From the NCBI GenBank assembly GCA_022841445.1, contig JALHRM010000001.1, forward strand, positions 77,002 through 141,001: a stretch of 64,000 nt of DNA, given 5' to 3'. How positions within the stretch are numbered: position 1 is the stretch's first letter; every line of letters starts with the position of its first letter. The DNA comes from Candidatus Saccharimonadota bacterium. Its GTDB lineage: Bacteria; Patescibacteriota; Saccharimonadia; Saccharimonadales; UBA10212. Below, one piece after another: positions 36,701 through 45,774 of this stretch. The position numbers and the translations under genes were made by a program. The notes beneath the pieces are model-generated. The model searched no databases. It saw only the letters and a list, made by a program, of their open reading frames with translations, and was not told the origin of the DNA.

Positions 36701-37768
36701 ATGAGCGAACGAATGAGTGGAATGCGACGAGCAGCAGCCTTAACAGGTATAGCTGTAGCTGGTGGAGGTGTATTACCTGCAACTGGCTTAGGAAACGGCA
36801 CAGAAGGACTTCTTAGGTGTGTTGCACCACAAGAAGCCGGTGTTAACCCTAGCATTGCTGGCAATATCGGCATCAATCAAATGCGTGTAGGTAACACTGC
36901 GACAATTAGTAGTTACCGAGTAATTGCTGGTCCAAACGGTGCCTTACTAAATGGTACGCCGGTTGAACCTGGGGCAACACTTGTAGAAAGTCAGACCCCC
37001 CTGACAACCCCTACTTTTCTCGGACCAGTCGGTACGCGTGGTACAGTTAGTGTTGAATTTGAGCACCCTGTCACAAGCGTAGTAGCCGATGACGCAGAAC
37101 TTATTGTCGGTAAAACAACCACTGCCCCTGTTCCTGAAGGAGTTAGCAGACCACGTAAGCCAATAACTGGCGACCTTGACTGTACGACAATACCTAAACC
37201 TGAAGAGCCTAAGGAAGTCCCTAAGGATACACCTAAGGAAGTGACACCTGTAACACCTGAGGTAAAATTTTGTCCAGTACCAGGTGCAGAAGTTGATGGT
37301 AGCGTACGCGTGTCTCGAAAAATACGTGAACTCCGCAACGGCGGCGCTGTAGTAACATTTGCTAACCGTGGCAATGTTACACTTGACGGACGAAACAATG
37401 GTGAAGAAATCATGCGCAATGGCAAGCCAACTGGCAAGCGCGAAATTGGTACTAGTGGCTTTGGAATGTTGGACGTTCCTGAAGGTTACGTCGTAACAAA
37501 ACTTCCTGCCGGCGCTAAGTTTTTTAAAGGCGATATTATCTTTGACCTTCCAAGCATCAAGAAGGGCAAAAAAGTTAACTACGGTGTTGGCCTGAGAGCT
37601 CTCAGTAACTCTGCTGGCAAAGTACGCTTCGATGGTTTAGTAAAAGCCCCATCTGTTGATACCGGGCCAAACGGTGAAGTTTGCGAGACCACAAGTGATG
37701 TATTTAGCGCCTACGCTGAAATCACACCGAAGCCTCCAACGATAGTAGTCACTCCAGTTACAGGCTAG
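36701..37768 (+). CDS. Hypothetical secreted/surface protein with PKE-rich linker
   Basis: Signal-like RRAAALTGIAVAGGGVLPATG. Central PKPEEPKEVPKDTPKEVTPVTPE linker. Strong promoter and SD. Confidence 0.6.
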   Translation: MSERMSGMRRAAALTGIAVAGGGVLPATGLGNGTEGLLRCVAPQEAGVNPSIAGNIGINQMRVGNTATISSYRVIAGPNGALLNGTPVEPGATLVESQTPLTTPTFLGPVGTRGTVSVEFEHPVTSVVADDAELIVGKTTTAPVPEGVSRPRKPITGDLDCTTIPKPEEPKEVPKDTPKEVTPVTPEVKFCPVPGAEVDGSVRVSRKIRELRNGGAVVTFANRGNVTLDGRNNGEEIMRNGKPTGKREIGTSGFGMLDVPEGYVVTKLPAGAKFFKGDIIFDLPSIKKGKKVNYGVGLRALSNSAGKVRFDGLVKAPSVDTGPNGEVCETTSDVFSAYAEITPKPPTIVVTPVTG

Positions 37769-37789
37769 ATATACAAATCTGCCTAGTTC

Positions 37790-37820
37790 AAAAGAGCCCT
37801 CAAAAGGGGCTCTTTTATTT
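37790..37820. terminator. Bidirectional rho-independent terminator
   Basis: AAAAGAGCCC (37790-37799) pairs with GGGCTCTTTT (37807-37816), 7-nt loop, between convergent genes. Confidence 0.65.
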
Positions 37821-39254
37821 TCCAAAGAAATTATAGCGCTTTGGTTTGGCTGCCTTTTTATGCAGAACCAGAACAAAGACGGCTATCAAGCCGTACATCA
37901 TCAACATCTGTGAAACAGAAATGTTCAACTGAGCGAGAGCGTTTGGCCACGATGCCAGCCAATCGGCTATATCGAGCATGTAAGTGAGTATCAATTTGGC
38001 TGGCAAAGCAAAAAGTCCTGCAACAGTTGGCAGAAGCGCACCGGCTGTTCCGGCAATCAATCCGAACAACATAGCAAATGGCACAAATGGCACTACCAGC
38101 AAGTTTGCCAGTACCGAAACTGTTGAAACTTCGCCGAATATTAGCATGATAAGCGGCATAGCCATTATTTGAGCAGAGATAGTTTCAATAAGTACCATAA
38201 CCATGGTCTTTGGTTCTTTTTTCTTGAATAATCTCGCTACAATCAACGGCGCCAAAATCAGGACACCAAAAAATGCTAGGAACGATAAATACCAACCTAT
38301 GTCACTCCAAACATAAAGTGGCTTAAATAACCCCGTTACGGCAGCAACCATCAGTATCAGTAAAAGCGGTCTTAAATTTCGGCCATAGTACCAGGCAAGC
38401 AGGCCAATGCCCGCGACCAAGCCAGCACGAACAATTGACGCGCTAAACCCAGTAACGAGGATGAATATGCTTATCAACGTGTATGAAAATATGAGCCTTT
38501 GGAATTTGGAGCCGAGAAATCGCACCCGTGAAACCGCACGCACCAGAATTGTGAGGTTGTAGCCAGAAACGGCAATGATATGCGTCAGGCCAACTATCGA
38601 CAAGGCGGTTGCAGTTGCTTCTGGCAATGTGCTGCGTTGACCGACAAGCAGACCAAGCACAAATGAACCGAGCGGTTCGGGCAATGCATTGTAGGTTCCG
38701 GCGATAAATTTCTGACGAGCTGATTCGAGCAGTGACTTGGGACTTCCTTCAACAACACGAAGTTGGGCAAATGACATACCGGCCTGTTTTGACCCGCGTG
38801 TTTCGTAGAGTCTGCCGAACACCTCGACACGATCGCCCCGGTACACCATCGGCTCACCAAACCCGCTGATGCGAAAATTGCCTATCAAAGGCTGCTGCTC
38901 TGGCTCGATCATGTCTGCAGTACCGGCCGCAAATAATAATTGCCCCCTGTCGTCGTAGGTTGCATCTTCGGACGCCGTAACTTGGATGGTGATTTTTTGC
39001 CCTTCGTAAGACAATAGCTCGTTCAGTTTTTGCAGCTGCGAGTGACCTCGCCACCAGCCAATGCATAGCCCAAGACATATAACCGCAACAAGCAATACGA
39101 CCGTTCTGCGTTTTGCCAGGACAAGAACAAGGATTGAAAATAAAATGATCCATTGGACCCCAGGAAAGTCATACAGTCGCGATAGACCGATGCCAGCCAG
39201 TATGGCCGCGAAAAACATTATTAGGTGTGTTGTTCGGTTGAAAGTCCGGCTCAT
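37815..39254 (-). CDS. comEC: ComEC/Rec2 family DNA internalisation channel (short form)
   Basis: N-terminal DUF4131-like segment plus the competence domain (LLVGQRSTLP...GLTHIIAVSGYNLTIL). At 479 aa it has no room for the C-terminal metallo-beta-lactamase domain. Confidence 0.85.
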   Translation of the reverse strand: MSRTFNRTTHLIMFFAAILAGIGLSRLYDFPGVQWIILFSILVLVLAKRRTVVLLVAVICLGLCIGWWRGHSQLQKLNELLSYEGQKITIQVTASEDATYDDRGQLLFAAGTADMIEPEQQPLIGNFRISGFGEPMVYRGDRVEVFGRLYETRGSKQAGMSFAQLRVVEGSPKSLLESARQKFIAGTYNALPEPLGSFVLGLLVGQRSTLPEATATALSIVGLTHIIAVSGYNLTILVRAVSRVRFLGSKFQRLIFSYTLISIFILVTGFSASIVRAGLVAGIGLLAWYYGRNLRPLLLILMVAAVTGLFKPLYVWSDIGWYLSFLAFFGVLILAPLIVARLFKKKEPKTMVMVLIETISAQIMAMPLIMLIFGEVSTVSVLANLLVVPFVPFAMLFGLIAGTAGALLPTVAGLFALPAKLILTYMLDIADWLASWPNALAQLNISVSQMLMMYGLIAVFVLVLHKKAAKPKRYNFFGK

Positions 39255-39573
39255 GTAACTTTATAATCCTGTGGCGTAATAATGTCACAAGTGCTCAGCG
39301 ACGTTAATTGCTTGAGGTTGAGCAGTGGTGAATTTTTTGCGACTTGTCGTTCAATTTAAGGCTACCAAAAGCATCACTGGGTTGACTTTTTTACCTAAAA
39401 ACAGATAATGTAAGATGTTAATTTGCTATGCCCTCTTTATCTTATGCAGTTAACCAAATTCGTGAAACAAGCTGCTTGGCTGCTGTTTTAAGAATTTGAG
39501 AGGAGGAAGCGACTAGAAGATGGATAGTAGCAAATTTATTTGCTACTTATAAGCTGACCGTCGGTTCCGACGA

Positions 39574-39650
39574 GGGCCCATAGCTCAGTTGGTTAGAGCA
39601 GTGGCCTTTTAAGCCACGTGTCGTGAGTTCGAGTCTCACTGGGCCCTCCA
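39574..39650 (+). tRNA. tRNA-Lys (anticodon TTT), CCA encoded
   Basis: GGGCCCATAGCTCAGTTGGTTAGAGCAGTGGCCTTTTAAGCCACGTGTCGTGAGTTCGAGTCTCACTGGGCCCTCCA forms a canonical cloverleaf. Confidence 0.92.
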
Positions 39651-39652
39651 AC

Positions 39653-39683
39653 AAAAAAGTCGAGTCTGGTACTCGACTTTTTT
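39653..39683 (+). terminator. Rho-independent terminator after tRNA-Lys
   Basis: AAAAAAGTCGAG / CTCGACTTTTTT 12-bp stem with a 7-nt loop. Confidence 0.7.
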
Positions 39684-39686
39684 GTT

Positions 39687-40283
39687 CTAAGTTTTGGCTT
39701 TTTTAGATCTGTACTGTTTAAGCATGTAGTAAATATAGGCAACGAGTAACCCATCAAATAATAGACCTGCTATTGGCCCCACGTACAATATCCCAAAAGG
39801 TACACCAATAAGGGTTATGCAGCTAAAAGCGTATGCAATCGTGATATACACCCATGCCTTGGGGTCTTCTGACTTGGGATCATTCTTGACCTTAAGAAAT
39901 GTCATACCGAGAGCTGGAAACGTAATAACAACCGTCAACCAGATTGCCAATTCATTACTTCTTGTTACCACCCATAAACCTATAAGTACAAGTGCCGATA
40001 TAAAAAGCAATTTATCGATACTAGAAGTGTTCCTTACACCTTTTTTGAATGACAGAATGACAATAATAACGCTACCTACCAGCGAAACAAACGCCACCAG
40101 AATAGATGCTCTACCGCCTTCTAAATATTGAGACACAAAAATAACAAAATTAAGAATCAGGATGATTAGCCAAGAAAATTGATGTGGTTTGGTTTTACCG
40201 TTGAGTATAGTTTGTATGTATGGGATATTGGCATAAATTGCGAAGAGAGTCGAAAGTATGGCCGCTAGAACGATAATGTCCAT
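39687..40283 (-). CDS. Hypothetical polytopic membrane protein (paralog of 24373..24951)
   Basis: 198 aa with 6 predicted TM helices. Shares sequence blocks with the ORF at 24373. Confidence 0.5.
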   Translation of the reverse strand: MDIIVLAAILSTLFAIYANIPYIQTILNGKTKPHQFSWLIILILNFVIFVSQYLEGGRASILVAFVSLVGSVIIVILSFKKGVRNTSSIDKLLFISALVLIGLWVVTRSNELAIWLTVVITFPALGMTFLKVKNDPKSEDPKAWVYITIAYAFSCITLIGVPFGILYVGPIAGLLFDGLLVAYIYYMLKQYRSKKAKT

Positions 40284-40312
40284 TAGATAATTCTAGCAAG
40301 CATGGTTAAGAT

Positions 40313-42100
40313 TTATGGTTTGTCGGTGATATTTTTGAATTCGCGCATGAAGTTGATGGTACGAACAGGGCTGCCGATCTGGTCATCAGGCAACAGCATG
40401 CAAGCGTAAGTGGTGAGTTTTATCGAATAGCCCTGTTCTGATGCAGTTATGGCTTCGGCGCTACTTGCTGTAAAAAACGACCTCGCCGAGTTTGTTACTT
40501 CGTATATAGGTGTTGTGCCATATGCAGGTGCTAAACATTCGTATAAAGTCGAAGACGCAATTGATTCACTGGGAAACTGAACATTGAGGCTGTTCCCTAG
40601 GCTTACAGCACTGTATAAATAACTGGCAGCTGTCGTGTGTGTTTGCCGCACCCTAAGCGACGACTTTTCGGCATTTAATGCACCAAAACCCAAGTTGATT
40701 GAGTGTGAAGGAGATGGCGGCAAACCGAGCCTATTGGTGGATTCTGTGATGGCAGCGATGGCTTGTAAGGGTGTGAGGTTTGGCCGATAACTGAGCATCC
40801 GTGTTAACATGCCGCTGACAATTGGTGTCGCCAGTGATGTTCCGCTAATACCGCCAGCATATGCGTTAGTCGGACGAGCTGCACGCCAATCTGTCGTGTA
40901 CAGTCCGGTGCCGGGCGCCATGATATCAAGGTTATTGCCCCAGGCGCTAAAACTAGCAGGCACATTGCTTGAATTTAGTGCACCAACCGCTAAAACCTCC
41001 GGGTAGTTAGCGGGGTAGATTATGCATTCGCAGCCACCGTTCCCAGCAGCAGCAACCACGATAATGCCAGCCGCTACCGCCTCCCGAACTGCTTGTCTGG
41101 TATAAGAATCCGGTGCAGAGCTGCCGAGACTTAGACTTATGACATCCGCCCCGCGTGTAGCGGCATATCGTATCGCCCTTGCAACACTTAGCGTGTTGCC
41201 GTAACCATCATCCGCCAACGCCTGAAGCGGTAATATTTTTGTTCCTTCATCAACTCCGGCAATACCCTTTCCGTTATTGCCTGTAGCAGCAGCTACACCA
41301 GTCACAAATGTGCCGTGCTGCGCCCCATCACCTTCTGGGTCAATCTCACCCGCCTGGACGGAATTATCATAACTGTAAAAATCCCAACCAGTATGGTCAT
41401 CGACAAATCCGTTACCATCGTCATCAATGAGGTTACACGAACGGTTCAGTGGTACTGTCTGATCCGTACAGTTACGCTTGGAAGGATTTTGTATGCTCGT
41501 TGCTCCTGATTCGTTATCCACGATCCCATCAAAATCATCATCTATTAAGTTGCATGATTCGTCGAGCGCAGCAGCTCTGTCCGTGCAATTGAGTCTCGAG
41601 TTGGCTTCGGTCTGCGTCACGCCAACTTCGCCAGCGTTCTGTTGCCAGCGACCCTCGAATTCTTCGTGGGCAAGCGCAAAACCAGTATCAATCACGGCAA
41701 GTAATGTATTGGCACTCCCCCTTGGTGCGTCCCACGCTTTGTCTATTCCGCTAGAAGTCACCCACGCCTGGTTGGCTCTTGGGTCGTTTGGTATGAGTGC
41801 TGTTTGGTATTGTCTGAGTGGGAATGTTTGACCACTTAAATCAACTACAGACCCAGCGATAATTTTTTCTTGGATGATAGCATTTTTCTGACTGCCTGAG
41901 TCAGCCACTGTGTCTTGAATAGTTGATTCTGAAGCAGACGGCGGAGTGGATTTTTCGGGTAAGCTGGTGACGAGGCTAGCAGCCACAGGAGGTACACCTG
42001 CCGGGATACTAAAAGGGGTGTGGGTGGAAAAATAAGTGAAGGCCGCCATGGTACACACCACAAGGCTAAAACAGCTATAAATCGTAAATTGTTGTTTCAT
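40313..42100 (-). CDS. Secreted subtilisin-like serine protease (peptidase S8)
   Basis: Catalytic triad contexts AVIDTGF (Asp), HGTFVTGVAA (His), GTSLATPIVSG (Ser). N-terminal signal/TM. A duplicated Asp-rich insert lies between the Asp and His. Confidence 0.88.
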   Translation of the reverse strand: MKQQFTIYSCFSLVVCTMAAFTYFSTHTPFSIPAGVPPVAASLVTSLPEKSTPPSASESTIQDTVADSGSQKNAIIQEKIIAGSVVDLSGQTFPLRQYQTALIPNDPRANQAWVTSSGIDKAWDAPRGSANTLLAVIDTGFALAHEEFEGRWQQNAGEVGVTQTEANSRLNCTDRAAALDESCNLIDDDFDGIVDNESGATSIQNPSKRNCTDQTVPLNRSCNLIDDDGNGFVDDHTGWDFYSYDNSVQAGEIDPEGDGAQHGTFVTGVAAATGNNGKGIAGVDEGTKILPLQALADDGYGNTLSVARAIRYAATRGADVISLSLGSSAPDSYTRQAVREAVAAGIIVVAAAGNGGCECIIYPANYPEVLAVGALNSSNVPASFSAWGNNLDIMAPGTGLYTTDWRAARPTNAYAGGISGTSLATPIVSGMLTRMLSYRPNLTPLQAIAAITESTNRLGLPPSPSHSINLGFGALNAEKSSLRVRQTHTTAASYLYSAVSLGNSLNVQFPSESIASSTLYECLAPAYGTTPIYEVTNSARSFFTASSAEAITASEQGYSIKLTTYACMLLPDDQIGSPVRTINFMREFKNITDKP

Positions 42101-42160
42101 TTTTTATTTTTGTCGGTCTGTAGTATTACAATACCATATCCGGTATGTACCGGCTAGCTA

Positions 42161-42910
42161 CTACTCGATATCAATGCGCTGTTCGAGCCTCATTATTGGG
42201 TCGTACCAGCCACTTTCTATAACATAAGCCTGGAACTGCTTATCAAGTCCAAGCAAAATTGCCACACCAACAACTAGGAATAAAATTCCGATAATCTTCT
42301 TAAACAAACCGTTTGGGTTACTAAGCCAGCCCATTTTTTGGACTGCTGATTGGCCGGCAATAGCAACAACCAGCAGAATCGCTGCAAGTCCAAGCGCATA
42401 CGCTAGTAGGTACACAAGACCTTGAGCAAAGGACTGCGGCAAAATGGCTGCCACAATTAGCGCGTAAGTGGGACTGCAGCTACTAAATACTGGGCCAAAT
42501 GCGGCACCCATCAATACGTCGCGCTTTAAGCCAGTTTTGCGGTAGGAACTGCTGAGCAGTTTATTTGAACCGATGTTGAGCCTGGTTTTTACCATTAGCT
42601 GCTCCCAGGCAGCTGGGAACAATAGATTTATGCCAAACAGTAATACGATAACACCGGATACGATACTCCAAACCGACTGAGGAACACCAAGCAGCACTGT
42701 CGTTGCTTTTAGTAGCAGCGTGAAAATAACTACCGACAATGCCAGGCTTGAGGCAATAACAAGTGGCCTAAACCACTGTCGCTTGGCAATTTTAGCGTCA
42801 GCTGTGCCTGTCGCAATCGTACCACCAATAATCACGGGGAGTAGTGGCAAGATGCAGGGCGCCGCAACCGTTAATACGCCAGCCATAAACGACAGTATTA
42901 GTAGCGTCAT
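42161..42910 (-). CDS. ccdA: Cytochrome c biogenesis/thiol-disulfide transporter CcdA (DsbD family)
   Basis: LTVAAPCILPLLPVIIGG and a second-half SSCSPT motif. 6 TM helices. Overlaps the thioredoxin gene by 4 nt. Confidence 0.85.
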   Translation of the reverse strand: MTLLILSFMAGVLTVAAPCILPLLPVIIGGTIATGTADAKIAKRQWFRPLVIASSLALSVVIFTLLLKATTVLLGVPQSVWSIVSGVIVLLFGINLLFPAAWEQLMVKTRLNIGSNKLLSSSYRKTGLKRDVLMGAAFGPVFSSCSPTYALIVAAILPQSFAQGLVYLLAYALGLAAILLVVAIAGQSAVQKMGWLSNPNGLFKKIIGILFLVVGVAILLGLDKQFQAYVIESGWYDPIMRLEQRIDIE

Positions 42911-43377
42911 TGGAGCAAATTAGCCGTTAGCGAGTCCAGTGACGGATCATCATATGCTACATATTTTTGGAGCAAGTTACCGCTACTATCTACTTTTACC
43001 AGTGTCGTTTGCAGTGCAACACCATACTTCTTTCTGAGTGTTTGATTTGTATCATAGTCGACTTTGTATATCGTTACATTGTCAGGGATGGGCCCCTTGT
43101 TTATATCCGCCTCTAGTTCACGGCATTGAGGACACCAGGCCGCATGAAAGAACAGTATTTTAGCGTCGCTATTGCTGCGCAGGTCGGCCTCGTCATACTC
43201 TTTATATACACCAGTTCCGGCAGCAACTGATTGGCTGGAATCTACCTGGACCTCCTCACCGACAATTGCTGACGGTGAAGTTTCATTGTCAGTGCCACCA
43301 GTTCCCATCAGATAAATTGCACCAAATCCGATTACTGCAACTACGGTTATAAGTATAATGACTAGCTTTTTATTCAT
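42907..43377 (-). CDS. Membrane-anchored thioredoxin-like protein (TlpA/ResA-like)
   Basis: N-terminal TM anchor and the active-site motif WCPQC. Confidence 0.8.
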   Translation of the reverse strand: MNKKLVIILITVVAVIGFGAIYLMGTGGTDNETSPSAIVGEEVQVDSSQSVAAGTGVYKEYDEADLRSNSDAKILFFHAAWCPQCRELEADINKGPIPDNVTIYKVDYDTNQTLRKKYGVALQTTLVKVDSSGNLLQKYVAYDDPSLDSLTANLLQ

Positions 43378-43409
43378 TCTTGTCTAAAAGTATACCAAAA
43401 TACTTATGA

Positions 43410-43913
43410 TTACTTATGCTTTTCGTGATGAGGTTTTGGAGTGCCAAACCATGCCAAAAACATTGAACTAAGCACGCCGGTAAGTATCAGAATTACCCCG
43501 TATTCTTGCAGTAGATCCCAAATAAAATTATCAACAATAAGGTTAGGTATGGCATTTTGGGTAAGCAAAGGAGTGATCGTGAGTGCGTATACTCCGGCTG
43601 CCGCAACCGCGGGAATTATGTGGAGTAGCTTGGCAGAATGCTTCGCACGAGCTGCGGTAAGAAATACAGTTGCTATGTACGGCACGCTGATTAATAACAC
43701 ACCCGCCCCCGGATTGCTGACGATGCTGCCGATAGTTTGTTCTAACCAATCAGGCAGAGCAGTGCCAGTAAGTGAGTCGTGCATAAGTATTGCTGCACTT
43801 AGCACTAAAAATGATAACGATCCGCTGCTGCTAAGGAAAAAGTGCAGTGTAACGGGTGCCAGAATTAATGTGGCAACAATTGCGACTTCCATAGTGGTTA
43901 TGATAGCACGCAA
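43410..43913 (-). CDS. Hypothetical membrane protein
   Basis: 167 aa with 4-5 hydrophobic helices. No recognised family. Confidence 0.45.
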   Translation of the reverse strand: MRAIITTMEVAIVATLILAPVTLHFFLSSSGSLSFLVLSAAILMHDSLTGTALPDWLEQTIGSIVSNPGAGVLLISVPYIATVFLTAARAKHSAKLLHIIPAVAAAGVYALTITPLLTQNAIPNLIVDNFIWDLLQEYGVILILTGVLSSMFLAWFGTPKPHHEKHK

Positions 43914-43928
43914 AGATTCCTGCCACTG

Positions 43929-44435
43929 TTACCGAAATACGATTGTGGAGCCTCGCTGCAGCCCAAGTTCAGTTGCCCGACCCGAACGAAGTTCAAGCAC
44001 ATAAAGCGCTGGCTCATTGCTGGTGAAAGTTTTCGGATACGTTTCAGGATCAACAGCCTGCTCGATATGTACAACTTTTCTGGCAGCATCAAGCCAAACA
44101 ATATCAATAGGAAAACGCATGTCCTTCATCCAAAAAGCATACTTGGCCGGTTCATCGAATATGAATAACATTGCCGTATTTGCCGGTATACAATCTTTAC
44201 CGGAAAGTCCAACCTGCCGACTAGCGTCGTTATCTGCAACCTCGGCGTTAAGCGAAGCCAGCCCAACTACAATCCGTTTATCAGTCGAATACTGTTCTTC
44301 ACAAGATTCGGTACTGCTAGTAGCGGCAAGTAGAATAATACAGCTAAGCAAAACTACTGCCGATGTTATCGGCAACCATAAGGATCGTAGCCGCTTAAGC
44401 GCCGACTTTGTCTTTGCGTCTTTTTTGCTTGGCAT
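43929..44435 (-). CDS. DUF192 domain protein (secreted/anchored)
   Basis: N-terminal TM. F.F.......FWMKDMRFPIDIVWLD is typical of DUF192 (COG1430). Confidence 0.7.
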   Translation of the reverse strand: MPSKKDAKTKSALKRLRSLWLPITSAVVLLSCIILLAATSSTESCEEQYSTDKRIVVGLASLNAEVADNDASRQVGLSGKDCIPANTAMLFIFDEPAKYAFWMKDMRFPIDIVWLDAARKVVHIEQAVDPETYPKTFTSNEPALYVLELRSGRATELGLQRGSTIVFR

Positions 44436-45300
44436 TGAATTCTATATATTCGATGATTTTTTCTGCAACATTTCGCTTTGTGATCAATTCAGGGGTTTTC
44501 AAACTTGCTGATGAGTTGACTTCAAGTACAAGCGGACCTCTTTTTGAACGCATAAGGTCTACGCCACAAATAGGTAAGTTCATGGCTTTAGCTGCTTTAA
44601 CGGCAGTTTTTTCTTCTTCATCAGTAAGTTTAACGGCCTTACCCTCGCCGCCTTGATGAGTATTAGACCTAAAATCATCATCCAGATTTTGCCGTTTTAT
44701 ACTTGCAACTACTCTGCTACCAACAACCACTGCACGGATATCAGTTCCAGCTGATTCTTCAATAAATTCCTGTACCAGAAAGCTCACACTTTCAACATAG
44801 AAGGCCTGCATTACAGCTTTGGCTGCTTTACGGGTTTCGGCCAAAACAACACCATTACCGTGTGTACCACGGGCCACTTTAATAATTAATGGCGGACCGC
44901 CTGCAATTTCAATTACATCTTCAAAGTCAGCTGTTTCACGGGCAAATACGGTTTTTGGCACCCCCACTCCGGCACGAGCCAGTAACTGGTAGGCGCGCAG
45001 TTTGTCGCGTGATCGAGTTATAGCAATTGAACTAGTGGTTGTGTAAATACCCTGCATTTCAAACTGGCGAACTACCGCGGATCCATACTTCGTATAACTA
45101 CTGGCAATCCTCGGGATTATGGCATCAACATCGGTTAGTTTTTCGCCTTTGTAATAGACGACCGGGTTACCTTTTTCGACGGTCATGTAGCACTTTACAT
45201 AGTTAACTACCCTCACGTCGTGGCCGCGGGCAATCGCTACTTCTTTAAGCCGCCTTGTGGAGTAGTTGGCTCCGCCCTTTGAAAGGATGACGATATTCAT
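44395..45300 (-). CDS. rimK: RimK-family alpha-L-glutamate ligase (ATP-grasp)
   Basis: MNIVILS..., PRI......GSAVVRQFE, KVARGTHGNGVVL, EFI.ES.G.DIRAVVVG, GVDL......GPLVLEVNSS. 301 aa. Confidence 0.9.
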   Translation of the reverse strand: MNIVILSKGGANYSTRRLKEVAIARGHDVRVVNYVKCYMTVEKGNPVVYYKGEKLTDVDAIIPRIASSYTKYGSAVVRQFEMQGIYTTTSSIAITRSRDKLRAYQLLARAGVGVPKTVFARETADFEDVIEIAGGPPLIIKVARGTHGNGVVLAETRKAAKAVMQAFYVESVSFLVQEFIEESAGTDIRAVVVGSRVVASIKRQNLDDDFRSNTHQGGEGKAVKLTDEEEKTAVKAAKAMNLPICGVDLMRSKRGPLVLEVNSSASLKTPELITKRNVAEKIIEYIEFNAKQKRRKDKVGA

Positions 45301-45743
45301 TAGCGCTTCTCCTCATCAGGAATAGGTGAGCCCCGAGAAACATCAACGACATACTTTCCGCGCAGCATGCGACGACCAACTAACACTGGATACGTTTTAT
45401 TTGATCTGTCAGATAAGGTGATGTTGGTATTAACGCGCCTGCCGCCAAGCCGTATAGGTAGAAAAACGCTGTATCTTTCTTCACTGTGACCAAACGAGTT
45501 TTCTACTTCGACGATTTCAAATTTTTCAACTTCACATACATCACCAGAATAATATTCAGACTCCGGGCTAAGCAGTTTAAACTTAAGCACGCCATGTTCT
45601 ACCCTAACGTCAGTCGCCCACACTGAACTGCGGTATGCGCCGGTGTCAATCTTGGCAGGCACGCCCACCACTCCGGCCGTAGGGAAATCGACTCGCTCAG
45701 CACGGCCAATTACAACTTTAAGTTTTTTTGTAGCATCGGTCAT
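45300..45743 (-). CDS. RimK-associated retropepsin-like protease (DUF785/COG4067, RimB-like)
   Basis: GRAERVDFPTAGVVGVPAKIDTGAYRSSV signature. Its stop abuts the rimK start (shared base). Confidence 0.75.
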   Translation of the reverse strand: MTDATKKLKVVIGRAERVDFPTAGVVGVPAKIDTGAYRSSVWATDVRVEHGVLKFKLLSPESEYYSGDVCEVEKFEIVEVENSFGHSEERYSVFLPIRLGGRRVNTNITLSDRSNKTYPVLVGRRMLRGKYVVDVSRGSPIPDEEKR

Positions 45744-45774
45744 AATAATTCTTTCAACGTCACGTCTTTAGAGT

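Noticed and set aside
36011-37768. Impression that the secreted-protein genes (also 30559-31521, 48524-50154) are GC-richer islands of foreign origin
   Set aside because: This is a visual impression only. I cannot compute windowed GC or codon statistics here, and no mobility genes flank them. A sliding-window GC or tetranucleotide analysis would settle it.
39518-39583. SD-like GAGGAGGA followed by a 21-codon ORF upstream of tRNA-Lys, plus a 9-bp hairpin at 39524-39545
   Set aside because: The ORF runs into the tRNA gene, and the SD spacing (12 nt) is poor. More likely this is tRNA leader or promoter sequence. The hairpin has no T-tract.
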